A stretch of 64,000 bases of DNA from Octopus vulgaris. Lineage: Eukaryota. Below are positions 40,936-54,700 of this stretch, piece by piece. Position 1 is the stretch's first letter; every line of letters starts with the position of its first letter. The notes under the pieces are model-generated. The model did no database searches. It saw only the letters and a program-made list of their open reading frames with translations, and was not told where the DNA came from. A program made the translations under genes and the position numbers. Location of the stretch: contig OX597823.1 in NCBI GenBank assembly GCA_951406725.2, forward strand, positions 10,230,001 through 10,294,000. The letters run 5' to 3'.

Positions 40936-40939
40936 TATA

Positions 40940-40989
<50 letters not shown>

Positions 40990-41018
40990 CACACAACGTG
41001 GTTTTAAGATACATAGAC

Positions 41019-41067
<49 letters not shown>

Positions 41068-41069
<2 letters not shown>

Positions 41070-41981
41070 AAAGTTGGTTTATGAAAGCACGTGGTTGAAT
41101 ATATAGAAAATAGTAAAAAGTGAAAAAATCTACAGAAGGCTTAAAGGTTAAAAAATATATATATTTGCGTCAATATGTCTGAAGAATATTAAAATTTTTT
41201 TTCTTATAATGACAAAATTTTGAAGAAAGCCGGTTTCGCGTTTAGCTTTTCAAATTTCTTACGACGTTATGTTTATCTTGAACAGAATTATCTTTATGTT
41301 TATGTTTAAAAGAGTTCTAAATAAGGGGAGGTAATGAGTGATTTCCTCCGGTGTAAGGGAGATAATCGCTTAAAATTTTTAAATTTTTTTTTCCTTTCCC
41401 TTGGTGTGAATTTCTCTGTATCAGTATGTTGGCATGGTTAAGTCTGGGCTTGTACTTTTCAATGAAGAATGTTTCCTTGTTTAGTCTCATTTGTGTTGAT
41501 GATCCGATAGCACATTGGTAAAATGGAAAGATTAAAAATTGTGGTAGTAGTTGCTTTGCGCATTTTTCAATGTGTTCACTAAAAGGTAACATTCTGTATT
41601 CTGGGAATGCAATCTGTTGTCGATGCAGTGTGCATCTACGTCTGAGTGATAGTCCCGTGGATCCCACGTAGTCTTGGTGGCAGTCCGAGCATTTTATGAC
41701 ATAAATTATGTTTTCAGAGGCACAAGTAAAGTTAGATTTAATCTTGAATTTCTGTCCCTCTTTAAAAAGGAATTCTGATCCTTCTAGCAGGTTTGGACAT
41801 GTTGCACATTTCGATCTACCACATTTTTTTACTTTTGCATCCGTAATTTTAGAAGACAATTTTGCCTTTGTGAGAATCTTTTTAAGTGATTTAGGTTGTT
41901 TGTAGCTTTTAATGAGTTGGTGTTTGTTAAGAATGTCCTTTAATTTGGGGTCCTTATGAAGTATTGGTAAATTCTGGGTGA

Positions 41982-41985
<4 letters not shown>
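41068..41985 (-). mobile_element. Penelope-like element 3' fragment: zinc motif plus GIY-YIG endonuclease (Neptune-like)
   Basis: Open frame LPILHKDPKL..SYKQPKSLKKIL..KCGRSKCATC..FTCASENIIYVIKCSDCHQDYVGST..R..H..H..E..FI..KPRLN (41985-41317), TA-flanked. Decayed HHR-like words at 41223-41260. Confidence 0.9.
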
Positions 41986-42019
<34 letters not shown>

Positions 42020-42021
42020 GC

Positions 42022-42060
<39 letters not shown>

Positions 42061-42101
42061 TATGTGCGTGTTATAGATTAGAAAAAACAGTGAAAGGTTG
42101 T

Positions 42102-42169
42102 CATTATAGTACTCGGTGTTTCGAATGACGGAGCGAAGTGCTACGATGCATTCTCGTCAGCTATTAATG
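42102..42169 (-). ncRNA. Canonical type I hammerhead ribozyme
   Basis: cattaatag-CTGACGA-gaatg..cattc-GAAA-c[accga]g-TA-ctataatg. All core nucleotides are present; predicted cut after GUA between 42110 and 42109. Confidence 0.8.
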
Positions 42170-42420
42170 GCACCAGACGCTATGGAAAACCGTTGAACGC
42201 AAGGGAGGTTACTCTAATAGGTACAAAAAAGAAAAAAAGATTTAAAAAATACAGGCAACCATATTCTCACAATACATAGACATAAACCTCCTGAGTTCAC
42301 AGCATCTAGACACGTACACACTCGAACAAACATATATGTATGTACACACACATACATACACACATATCCACACACACACGCATACATGTATATATGTGTA
42401 TGTATATAAATATATGTATG

Positions 42421-42466
<46 letters not shown>

Positions 42467-42636
42467 TATGTATGTATGTATATACAGACATACATTCACA
42501 CTCACGCGTATATACAAACATATGCATATCCATATAAATGAAGGACGTCACACATATGCGCCGGACACACTCTTACACTCATATACATATATATATTCTT
42601 TTGTAGTTAGTTACTTATTATTATTATTATTATTAT

Positions 42637-43214
42637 TCAGTAGTTTTATTTTTATAGCGTGCTTTCACTTCACTACCGAGCGCAGCTCTGTGTGCCTTGG
42701 GTATGTGCTGTGATGCTCTGATGGTTATTGTATGGAAAGTGTTCTGCGTAGGATGTGTGCAGTGCCTAGTAGTGCAATTTTCTGTATGTTATATGTGTTT
42801 GTAAGTCCTGGTGGTTTTGTTATGTATTTGTCTGAATATTTTTTATCATGCCTAATGCACCTACTATGATAGGAATTGTTTCTGTTTTCAGGTTCCACAT
42901 TCTAGTTACTTCTACTTCCAGGTCTTTGTATTTTGAGAGTTTCTCCATTTCTTTTAGAGACACGTTGTCATCTGCCGGTATTGATACATCAATTAGAAAG
43001 CATTTTTTTCTTCATGATCTCTGACAACTATATCTGGTCTGTTGGCCTTAATTTCTCTATCTGTGTGTATCGGCCTATCCCAGAGTATGATTGCTTTCTC
43101 GTTTTCTGTGACCTTTTTCTGGTGTGTGCCTATACCATCTTTTTTCTGTTGTTATTCCATAATGTTGGCATAGCTTCCAATGTATGTAGGTTCCAACTCT
43201 GTCATTTCTGTGAA
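42637..43214 (-). mobile_element. R4/Dong-type LINE 3' end (restriction-like endonuclease domain) in (TAA)n
   Basis: HWKLCQHYG..ILWD..HTDREIKANRPDIVV..IDVSIP..EKLSKYKDL..PIIVGALG..LLGTAHILRRTL, with TAT arrays on both sides. Confidence 0.9.
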
Positions 43215-43268
<54 letters not shown>

Positions 43269-43567
43269 ATAAATATACATATATGTAAAGAGAGAGGGAG
43301 AGAGAAAGACAGACAGACAGAGACAGGCAAATAGCTGGAGAGAGTCACATAAAGTGTGTATGTATGTGTATGCGTATGTGCGCGTATGAGAATGTGTGTA
43401 TATGTGAATGTCTGTATCTGTGTGTGTGTGGGTGAGAGAGAGAGAGAGAAAGAGGGAGAGAGGGAATAGCTGCAATTACAATGTCAATATCAAGATTAGG
43501 ATCTTGCTGAAGACAACGACGACCACCATGTTGATGTTGATGATTATGGTGGTGGTGGTGGTGATGG

Positions 43568-43611
<44 letters not shown>

Positions 43612-43923
43612 ATGTTGATGATGATGAGGATGATGGGAATGATGAGAGTGCTATTCATGATGATAAATATCGTGACTATTGCACACCATAGTTGCCGTCA
43701 GCAATACGAATGATGGTAGGAAAGCATCATTGAACTATATGATGTATTAAGGACCAGCACTCGTACTTTGAAGGACCACATACTTTACACTTAGAGGGGA
43801 GACGCTCACAGAAAATGGATTGGAATATATGAAAGCACAAAAGTACTATTCTCATAGTGATAATTGCGTATTTCGTGTATTCTTGAATTGCTAACTCGTG
43901 TCTTCCATGCTGCAATCGCTACC

Positions 43924-44012
<89 letters not shown>

Positions 44013-44047
44013 ATATATGTATGTACGTTTGCATGTATATAAATATA

Positions 44048-44080
<33 letters not shown>

Positions 44081-44097
44081 ACATATATATATATATA

Positions 44098-44362
44098 TTA
44101 ATAAATAAAATAAAACATATGTATATATATAAACATATATGTACGTACCTACCTCTACATGTACATATACACGCATATATGAGTACAGGACACCAAAAGG
44201 ACGTCGAACACAATGAGAAACGAAAACATAGACACAAACCAAAGGAACTGGACATTTTTTTAAACAACAAAAAAATTTAAAAATAGAGTACAGGACAATT
44301 AACACAAAGAAAAAACCCCTTCTTCAGTCGCTATGGTTTCATCTACTCTACGTTTCGAAGGT
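44098..44362 (-). mobile_element. Third copy of the 6245/25885 repeat family
   Basis: High similarity to 6245-6498, TA-flanked. Confidence 0.7.
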
Positions 44363-44399
44363 GAAAACGATATATATATATATATATATATATATATCA

Positions 44400-44675
44400 A
44401 GAAGCCCTCGATACAAAAAAGTAGGCTTTTCAGTACGCTTAGTCGCCTTAACAAAGGGATGTAGGTTCGTGACCCACGCGCACGGGAAAGCCTACTTATT
44501 TTTCTATCGAGGGCTTATATCCCCCATTATTAGACTGATTTGCTTAGACATCTGCACGGTGATTGCTATAAGGTTTAAGCATATAAAACAAAAATACCAT
44601 TATTATCATTTACCAAGTTGTAAAACTGGACACCGCTTAAGAAAACCATTCGCACCGAAAACACATAAAGTTTAT
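44400..44675 (+). mobile_element. (TA)n-embedded inverted-arm element with tail
   Basis: Imperfect arms AAGCCCTCGATAC..AAGTAGGCTTT (44402-44429) and 44487-44516, then a ~155-bp tail. Confidence 0.55.
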
Positions 44676-44734
44676 ATATCTAAATATATATATATATATA
44701 AATATATATATATACATATATACATATATATATG

Positions 44735-44776
<42 letters not shown>

Positions 44777-44928
44777 TTCTTTTTACTTGTTTCAATCATT
44801 TTCATGCTAGAGCACCGCTTTTGTAAGCCTAGTACTAATTTTATCGCTCTCTTTTGCCGAATCGCTAATTTATGGGGGCCTAAACATACCAGCGCTGGTT
44901 GTCAAACGATGGTGAGTGAACACACACA

Positions 44929-44988
<60 letters not shown>

Positions 44989-45006
44989 CACACACGCTCA
45001 CATTTA

Positions 45007-46455
45007 TTAGGTTTTTTCACATGAAAGGTAACAATAAAATCTTTCAGAAGTGTTAAAGAAATGATTTATTTAATCAAATTATAATCCATGTTTATTTATG
45101 ACGTTTACCCAACGTTTCTCTATGCCATCTATTCCATCTTTAAAACATCTTTTGTTGTGATAAACTGTCCGAATGCTTCAATTACCTCTTCTCTGTTTAA
45201 GAATGTTTTATTGCTTATGAAAAGCTCAAAATGCTTAAATAAGTGATGATCAGTAAGATAGATATCAGGAGAATAGGTAGGATGTTGCAAAATCCTATAA
45301 TTTAGGCTTTGCAACTTTTAGACCGTAGCTTGAAGAGTGTAAGGACGTGCATTGTCGTGGAGTAAAATTGGGCCATCTTTATTTACTAGTTTGGGTTGCT
45401 TCTTTTTCAAATACTCATTTCCTGGCAATATGATGTTGCTGTTACCGTTTTTCCATGTTGCAAAAATAAATAATGAATAAATCCCTTCGCAGACCACCAT
45501 GAAGTGACCACTAACATTTTAGGGTGCAATGATGAGTTTGTGAAAGGTAAGAGAGTCCAGTTTGCTGGACATTGTTGTAGAGCTGAAAAAGAGGTAATTT
45601 CTACTCTTCTCCTCTGGAAGCCATCTACTCGCAGTACCAGAGGGCGCACACTCTCCTACCCTGATGTAATCTCCAGGGATACAGGCATCCAGCAACAGGA
45701 CCTCCGTAATGCCATGATGGACCGTGAAGTCTGGCGTAGCATGGTAAATTCCATTGTTTCGACCAGGGTCGAACAATGATGATGATGGGTTTGGGTAGGG
45801 CATAGGTAACTCTCCTGCTTTTAATCACTATCCTATTCTCCTGCTGTTGTCAAAGAATATCTATTTCTCACCACAAGTAATGGTTTGATGCATAAATGAT
45901 CTTTTTCCAGTCGAGAAAGCAATAAGGAGCACACTTCGAGGCGTCTGTTTTTTATTATCTCGTTCAGTTGATGTAGAACAAACCTATCCGTTTTCTTGAC
46001 TTTTGCAATTATTTACAGGTGTCCAAAAACAGTTGTGCGAGATGTTTGGAGTTCTGATGAAAGTTTTCGAACCTTTGTTCTCGGATTTTGCTCAACCAAA
46101 GCATTTAATCCATCATGCTAAATAACTGATTTTGTCCTACCTCTTGGTTTATTTTCAAGGCTATCATATCCTGAAAGAGTGCTTTGGAACCATCTCTGAA
46201 CAGTTCTGATATCAACAAACCATTACCAAATGCCCGTTTGATATTCCGTAGCGGCAGAGTGACCCAGTTTTTATTCATACGAGAAAATCACTCAACATAG
46301 ATTGGTTGTTGTCATTTTTATAAGGTCCATGGGAACGAATTTTGTATACCAATATTGTTGGGAAAGAAAAAGTCAAAAGGTATATATAACGGAGTTTGTA
46401 AATGGCTGAAATAACAAGTAATTAAAAATGCAATATTTCATGTGAAACAATCTAT
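45007..46455 (-). mobile_element. Full-length decayed mariner DNA transposon
   Basis: ~20-bp imperfect TIRs, TA at both ends, motifs TVQRWF, ILLHDNARPY, HPTYSPDIYLTD. Lies between the two halves of a SINE B (44775-44920 / 46688-46811). Confidence 0.9.
45541..45786 (+). mobile_element. RTE/RTE-X-like LINE 3' end nested in the mariner transposase
   Basis: Same peptide as 27797-28075; TSD-like TGATGAGTTTG / TGATGGGTTTG. Confidence 0.85.
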
Positions 46456-46884
46456 TATATACACACACAGATATATATATAGTGAATCCAAACAAGAACG
46501 AGCAAGAAAAAACAAGAACGCGAGGACGTGTTACAAGTGCTGTCCTAATGGACGCTCAGGAAAGGATAGAAAAGAAGAGGACTTCACGTTTCGAGCGGAG
46601 CTCTTCATCAGAAATATATATGTCCAAAGAAGGGAAGACGGAAAAAGAAAATCGCAAACGATACACAAACGGTCACGTATAAATATATACGACGGACACC
46701 TTTTCAAAGTCTACCAAATCCACTCACAAGGCTTTGGTCAGTCCGAGGCTATAGTGGAAGACACTTGCCCATGCTGTTGGTAAGCAAGCTACTTACTACA
46801 CAGCCACTCCTACATACATACATACATACATACATACATACATACATACATACATACATACATACATACATACATACATACATA

Positions 46885-47550
46885 CGGGAGCATTTTGTCA
46901 TATTATTTTATTCACTTCGTTTCACCTTTTACACTTTTATTGCCTTCAAAGTATTCTCCATTTCAAGCAATGCATCGGGCCAGTCGCGTTTTCTACTATT
47001 CGAAGCAGTGCTGGAACTCTTGCGAAGTGATGCTTTTTTAACGCCTCCGTCATTTTTATTTTTACCACTTCCGCATCTGCAAATTTCATAGCATCAGCTT
47101 TTGTCACCAGTGATAACCTTATAGAAAGTCCAGTTCAATTTCCAACTGTTCTTTTAGTTCACGACACACATTCAGTCGTGATTGCTTTTGATCTTCCGTG
47201 ATCAAGTGCGGCACAAATTTTGCTGCAACTGTTTTCATTCGCAATTTCTCGCTCAAAATTCTTTTCCATGGGTTCTGTGACTCACCAGGAATATCAACAA
47301 GTTCATCAATTGTTTGGTGATGGCCCTCCAAGATCAGTTTGTGAATTTTATGATGCTTTTATTCGTTCGGGAGGTCGACGGTCGTCATGAGCGATGTTGG
47401 TCTTCAAGCGAGAAGTGACCATTCCCAGAATGTGGAAACCACTCGTAAACTTGTTTTTTACTCATGGCAACGTGTTTGTAAGCTGTTTGAAGTATGACAA
47501 CTGATTCGGCCGCCATTTTCACCAACAGAAAACAGAATTTCCCGGAGGTG
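46885..47550 (-). mobile_element. Internally deleted mariner of a second subfamily
   Basis: MSKKQVYEWF, RPSTSR, VAAKFVPHLITEDQKQSR..VITGD joined directly to the C-terminal GEYFEG. Confidence 0.85.
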
Positions 47551-47599
47551 ACCAATGGAGCAAAATCTGAAAAAAAAAAATAAAAAAATAACACACCTC

Positions 47600-48300
47600 A
47601 AATTCCTGTTTTGTCCTACTTATCCGTCATTTTGTTTAATTAATAATTTTCTTTATCAGATATCACCGCATATCTCTACATGTTAAGTTTTACTCTCTTC
47701 CCTTTTTGTACAGTAGGATGATTATTCCATCCTGGCAACTTCTAGTGATATTAATTGCCATAGACATTAGTGAAGAGTCTAATAATTCAGTTCATATATT
47801 TTCTTCTGCTTTTGCTTGATTGGTAATGTCATCTTGTCCTGGTGTTTTACCTACCTTCACCGTTTCTTTTTCTGCTGCAATTTGTATGCTGTAATTTCTG
47901 AAACTCGTAATACCACTAGAGCTTCGGCGATGTCTTTCGTAACGATGTTGTTGTTATCATTGCAATATAGCTTTGGGTAGATCACCATTATTCTTTCTGT
48001 GATCTTAATCTACATTCTGCTAGGGTTTCTTTCTCTGTTAAGGTTTTCATTTGGATTTTACCTTTGTATTCTTTTTAGGAGATTCAGATTCCTTCCATTT
48101 TCGAATTTTTTTCTATGATATTCATATGTTTTCGTAAACACTCTGTTGTCTTCTATTTATCGTATGACGCAGTTCCACCATTTCTATTTCGTTTTAAGCT
48201 CAATTTACATTAACACTTATTGTTTTACTTTGCTGTTTCGACAGATCGAGATTTTCCGGAGAGAGGTTATAATTGTTTTTCGTTCGTATTTACAGCCAGT
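47600..48300 (-). mobile_element. Decayed RTE-like LINE fragment
   Basis: VKVGKTPGQDDIT and QKGK words, typical of the pre-RT region. Confidence 0.5.
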
Positions 48301-48537
48301 CAACAGATGCTTTAGTGGAGGGTTTTACAGGGGTTTGGTTTAAAGTTGCAAACGTATGTCTTATGTGCAGGTAGTGTCAACGTTAGCTGTGAAATTGGAC
48401 ATGGGTACACATACACATAGATACATACACAAAAGTAAATACATAAAAATATACAAGCACACGCATAACCATATCTGTGTATATTCGCTTGCATGAGATT
48501 GAGCAAGTGTTTGAGCGTGTGTGTGTGTGTGTGTATA

Positions 48538-48602
<65 letters not shown>

Positions 48603-48894
48603 AACAGTTACGGACGCGTACAACAATTAACGAAAACTACAACGAATGTATAATGTAAAACTACTTCATTAGCCAATTTATTTTATCCAGAATTATAAAG
48701 AATTTAACCCGGGAAAATATGGAGTCGTTCACCTCATATGTAACAAGACATATGAGGTTTAACGACATATGCATACACACACACACACGAGTCTGTGTAT
48801 GTGTTGGTGTCTATAACTGCATGTACACACACACATATGTATATGTTTGTGTATATGTAAATATATTTTATGCGTGCATTTCGCTGTATGTATG

Positions 48895-48945
<51 letters not shown>

Positions 48946-49143
48946 GCATATATATATATATATTTGTGTGTATATATGTATTATGTATGTTTGTGTATGT
49001 ATATGTGTATATGTATTATGTATGTATGTATATGTATGTATATGTATGTATATGTATATATATGTATGTATATGTATGTATATGTATATATATGTCGAAG
49101 TGTACGTATGTTTGCCTGAGTGTATCTGTGTGTATGCGTATAT

Positions 49144-49189
<46 letters not shown>

Positions 49190-49444
49190 ATATATATATA
49201 TATCTGTATATGCATACACAGACACACATATGTACACACAAGTAAGCAGATAGATGCAAAATAAGGTAGAAAAAAATTGTACTCGAATACCATCCCATAA
49301 GTAGAATAATTTAATGTTTATCACAGCTGAAGAAATCTTCACAGACTATTACTCAAAGTTACACGTTACTGTTCATGAGATAATTGTGATAATACTGAAT
49401 AATAAATTATATGAGTGTATTATAATATAATATACTCTCCTACT

Positions 49445-50012
49445 TTAACCACAAGGCCCGAAATTTTGGGGGAAGGGGCCAGTCGAGTAGATCGACCCCA
49501 GTACGCAACTTGTGCTTAATTTATCGACCCCGAAAGGATGAAAGGCAAAGTCAACCTCGGCGAAATTTGAACTCAGAAAGTAAAGACAGATGAAATACCT
49601 ATTTCTTTACTACCCACAAAGGGCTAAACACAGAGGGAACAAACAAGAACAAACAAACGGATTAAGTCGATTATATCGACCCCAGTGCGTAACTGGTACT
49701 TAATTTATCGACCCCGAAAGGATGAAAGGCAAAGTCGACTTCGGCAGAATTTGAACTCAGAACGTAGCGGCAGACGAAATAACTATTTCTTTACTACCCA
49801 CAAAGGGCAAAACACAGAGGGGACGAACAAGGACAGACAAACGGATTAAGTCGATTATATCGACCCCAGGGCGTGACTGGTACTTAATTTATTTACCCCG
49901 AAAGAATGAAAGGCAAAGTCGACCTCGGTGGATTTTGAACTCAGAACGTAACGGCAGACGAAATACGGCTACGCAATTTCGCCCGGCGTGCTAACGTTTC
50001 TGCCAGCTCACC
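49445..50012 (-). mobile_element. SINE family A, tandem trimer
   Basis: Three central domains with junctions at GAAATAGGTATTTC. Confidence 0.9.
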
Positions 50013-50768
50013 ATCTTTATTATATTGTTTTGACCGCATTATTCAATTGTGGAATTTATTGAGTTTTTAAATTTTGGAATCTTTTTTTTTCTTCGAGAAT
50101 TCTAGTTTTGAATCATTTTGGAATATTTTTTTTTTCTAGTTAATTTTAGTTAATTTTTGTTTATTTTCAGATCATTAAAATGGATCGACACCTCCTTTTT
50201 TTTATTTTAATCTACGAATACATCGCAAAAATTCTCACGAAACAGATGTAAATTATTGTACTATATTTATACTTATGCCACACCTGGAACGAACCACAGC
50301 GACGGATCTTCAGATTCAATTGAATTTGGTAATTACATATCTACCGTTTCTTACAAAGGAACACATGGCGCCTTCACTTTTGTTTCCTTCATTCTAAACT
50401 CTATCGTAGTATACCCAGCCATTTATGGGACCCTACGTTTTAGTGTGCATAAATTATATTGTATTTATTACTAATTCATGTGTGTGTGTATGAGAGAGTG
50501 TAAATATATATTTGGAAATATGTATCCACGTGGATTCGCATGTGCGTGAGAAAAAAGGATGAAGAAACAATTTGAAGAAAAGACTGATAGGACAGAAAGA
50601 ATGGTAAACAAACCAAAGATGTCGAGCTGGAAGCTAGACATCAGATGACAGGAATACTCGAGTGAATGCAAAAGAAGCAAAGTCGATATGCACACACATT
50701 TTGTATACGGAGATATACATACAGAAGTAAATTTCGACGCAGAGACTTACTTATCTATGTACAAAATG

Positions 50769-50823
<55 letters not shown>

Positions 50824-50886
50824 CATACATTCCCATGTATCTAGCTATGTATCGATCTATCTATATATATACATATATATATATAC

Positions 50887-50947
<61 letters not shown>

Positions 50948-51019
50948 TATATGTATATATGTGTGTATGTATGTATATATGTATGTATGTATATATATAT
51001 ATGTATATATGTATATATG

Positions 51020-51070
<51 letters not shown>

Positions 51071-51072
<2 letters not shown>

Positions 51073-52470
51073 TTTGATACTTTGATACTTTGATAGGTTT
51101 CGGCCATTATTGGCCCAGGCCATGTCTAACTTAATAGCACCACCTGGTGAAGTCTTTCAAGTCAGAATTTGGGCACTATGGCCCACTCAAGTAGAGAGTT
51201 ATTGTTTACAGAGACATATCCGGGTGTAGGGGGTTTATCCGGGATTTCTTGAAGGAATCTGTCCAAAGACTTCTTGAACCCTATAGGGTCAGTTTCTGTT
51301 TTAATGTGTTTTGGTGTAATGTTAAAGAGAGCGGGGCCAATTGAGGTGAAATAATTGTGCCGTATTGTTGTTATGAGATGAGAGTGCGATTTTTGTTTTG
51401 GGCGGATGGCACGGGGCCCAAGCCTTGGATGTACCCTGAAGGTGATGCCAACATCATTTGGGCAATGCGGATGGAATATTTTCCACATCATGCAGATGAT
51501 GTAGCGCTCACGACGATGTTGGAGAGAATAAAGCTTTAGCTTTTCTAGTCGACCCCAATAGTCGAGGCCTGTCATGCCATCTATCTTTTTTGTGATTGCC
51601 CTTTGAGGTGCTTCAACTTTTATGATACCTTGTATTGTGTGGGGAGACCACAGTGGACAACAGTATTCAAGGTGGGGTCGGGCAAAAGTGGAGAAGAGAA
51701 GGATAACGGTGTGGATATCTCTCGACTGGAAAGTTCTGAGAATCCAGGAACACATTCTGCGGGCCATGTCAACTTTGGTGTTTATATGAGTGGCCCAGCT
51801 TATGTTGTTGTCCACAATTACTCCCAAGTTTCTGATGTTGTTGGACGCCGCGAGAGTTTCACCTGAAGGAAGGGAGTATGGGAGTTTCAGGGCATCCTCT
51901 TTTCCAAAGTGGATTAACTCAAATTTATCCTCGTTCAGCAGCATATTGTTTTTTTCTGCCCATTGGATAACAGCCAGTAGATCTGACTGAAGGCATGTCC
52001 GGTCACTCGCCTCATTTATGACCTTCTGTAGCTTGGAATCATCTGCAAAATTTTTATGTTGCTGTGCTTGATGATGTCATTAATGTCATTAATGTAAATG
52101 ATGAAAAGAAGTGGGCCCAGCACAGTGCCTTGCGGAACGCCACTACTGACTTTGGCTGGGCTTGATTTTACCCCTTCAACTACAACATGTTGAGATCTGT
52201 CTGTCAGGAAACACTTGATCCATTTCAGTAACTTTCCAGAGACACCAATGTTGGATAGTTTTTTCAATAGGATCTTGTGATCGACCCTGTCGAAGGCCTT
52301 ACTGAAATCAAGGTAGATGACATCGGTGTTGGAGCCCTCTCCCAAAGCTCTCAAAATGTCATCAAAGTGATGCAGGAGCTGCGTTAGGCAGTCCCTTCCA
52401 TTACGGAGATCAGCCGTCTGTTGCTTTCCAGAAATTGGGTTATTCGAGATCTCACCACCCTCTCAAATAC
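51071..52470 (-). mobile_element. CR1-like LINE, 5'-truncated, RT to 3' end
   Basis: DVIYLDFSKAFDRVDH, SGVPQGTVLGPLLFIIYIND, 1-nt frameshift at FADD (about 52050), RPHLEYCCPLWSP, stop at 51162 and a (TATCAAAG)3 tail. Confidence 0.92.
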
Positions 52471-52476
52471 TATATA

Positions 52477-52562
52477 TACTTTATTTAAAGCATATTACTC
52501 TACCACTGGTATTTGAATACTCTTTTTTCCACCTTGTTTCACGTTTATGTGTTTACTCCGGT
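52477..52562 (+). mobile_element. Minimal copy (tail only) of the 33905 element
   Basis: Same tail sequence; the arms are reduced to CTTTATTTAAAG. Confidence 0.75.
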
Positions 52563-52858
52563 ATATATATATATATATATATAACACTATGTACACATAA
52601 GCACTCACATATATACATATCCACATACGCGTGCATATATATGCATGCGCAAACGTGCCTATATATATATATATAATTATAATTGCTATATCAGAGGTAA
52701 AAATCAAAACCAAGGTAGGTGTATAGAAGACACACATAAACATACGTATAGAAAAACAAACAGCACTACACATAGGTGAATGTGCAGACACACGCATGGG
52801 CAAACATTCGTATAGAGAAAATTAAGTGGAGAGAGTGAGGGGAGAAGGGGGGAGAGAT

Positions 52859-52940
<82 letters not shown>

Positions 52941-52945
52941 CAGAG

Positions 52946-53036
<91 letters not shown>

Positions 53037-53041
53037 CAGAG

Positions 53042-53104
<63 letters not shown>

Positions 53105-53111
53105 GATAGAT

Positions 53112-53395
53112 AAGTTTCTTTATTGGTCACACAGGGCTGCACACAGATGGGACAAGTTACAAGGTAGAGCTTTTCTTTTGGGGGATGAAAAAAAGGGGGT
53201 GGCGTAGGTTTTCGATCAAGAGGGATCGTAAAAGGGAAGAAAAGAACAAAAAAAAGAAAAAAAGAAAAAAAACAAAAATAGAATAAAAAATAAAAGGAAT
53301 AAAAGAAAAAGAAAAAAGAAAGGGAAAGGAACAAAAGAAAAGAGAAATGAAAAAAGAAGAAAAAGGGGAAAAAAAGGGGAAGAGGGGAAAAAAAG
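53112..53395 (-). mobile_element. 3' end of (GATA)n-targeting retroelement, second copy
   Basis: Nearly identical to 34238-34418, with the same 3' junction in GATA. Confidence 0.65.
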
Positions 53396-53847
53396 ATAGA
53401 TAGTTAGATAGATAGATAGACAGACAGAAAGACAGACAGACAGACAGACAGACTAACAGAAATGCACATAATCTTTTATTTATTTGTCCCTTTTCAGGCG
53501 TAACTGCATTCCTCCCCAACAAACGTGCGTGCCTTCCCATCCATGTGTTTTAATCTGCATATCATCTTCCATGCATCTTGTGTGTACGTACGTTTGATTT
53601 TCATATCGCTGACATTTTAAGGCTTCTGTTTTTTGTCAGAAATTCACCTTTCCTAACTTGCCCTCCTATAAAACGCTTTCTATATCCATCCCTCACTCAC
53701 ATCCACCCACCGGCTTAACATCTATCTCTCACCCTCATCCACCTGCCAAATTCACGTCTGCTTAGACTTTCCAATTAGCAGCACCAAATAACTCGCTCCA
53801 TTTCTCCACACACCATTTAACTTGCTGGCACTAACACGAGTCAATAA

Positions 53848-54083
53848 CCTATTTCTTTACAACCCACAAGGGGCTAAACAGAGAGAGGACAAACAAGGAC
53901 AAACAAACGTATTAAGTCGATTATGTCGACCCCAGTGCGTAACTGGTACTTATTTAATCGACCCCGAAAGGATGAAAGGCAAAGTTGACCTCGGCGGAAT
54001 TTGAATTCGGAACGTAACGGCAGACGAAATACGGCTACGCATTTTGCCCGGCGTGCTAACGTTTCTGCCAGCTCGCCGCCTTG
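53848..54083 (-). mobile_element. SINE family A with TSD
   Basis: Direct repeat ACACGAGTCAATAACC on both sides. Confidence 0.9.
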
Positions 54084-54400
54084 ACACGAGTCAATAACCA
54101 TTCCAACGTCACCAACACTGTTAGCTCCGAAATATCCTTGACCCTCTTTCATATTTGACACTATGATTTAGCCCTTCTTCACCACTTTTCTATATCCGTC
54201 TCTTCTGTACCCATATATCTATTTTTCTATTTGTTTGCCACGTCATTTCATTCGGTCCTCGACGAGCCTCGGGACAAAAGCAAATATATTTTGTCGAACT
54301 CATGGTTTACTTTTTATTTTGATGACTATATTCAAAATGGCTTGATCATATTTCCTTGACCCTGTCACATTCATAGTTCTGTATATGTATACGTACATAC

Positions 54401-54700
54401 GTGGAGGCGCAATGGCCCAGTGGTTAGGGCAGCGGACTCGCGGTCGTAGGATCGCGGTTTCGATTCCCAGACCGGGTGTTGTGTGTGTTTATTGAGCGAA
54501 AACACCTGAAAGCTCCACGAGGCTCCGGCAGGGGATGGTGGTGATCCCTGCTGTACTCCTTCACCACTCTTTCTCTCACTCTTTCTTCTGTTGGCCTGCT
54601 CGCTTAGCCAGCGGGGTGGCGTCAATCGAAGGCTAAAACAATGTGACCAGCGATGTGTAGCAACATCTGATGGTCTGGTCGGTCACGTGATCACGTGATA
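54401..54700 (+). mobile_element. SINE family C with alternative 3' tail
   Basis: Head matches 18677-18480; the tail diverges after about 54585 and ends CACGTGATCACGTGAT. Confidence 0.8.

Noticed and set aside
50290-50365. GAAACGGTA and CTGAAGA words on the minus strand
   Set aside because: Stems cannot be assembled convincingly.
54401-54475. Genuine tRNA genes at SINE heads (also 18600-18677, 55985-56051)
   Set aside because: Acceptor and anticodon stems are imperfect and the heads continue into repeat bodies.
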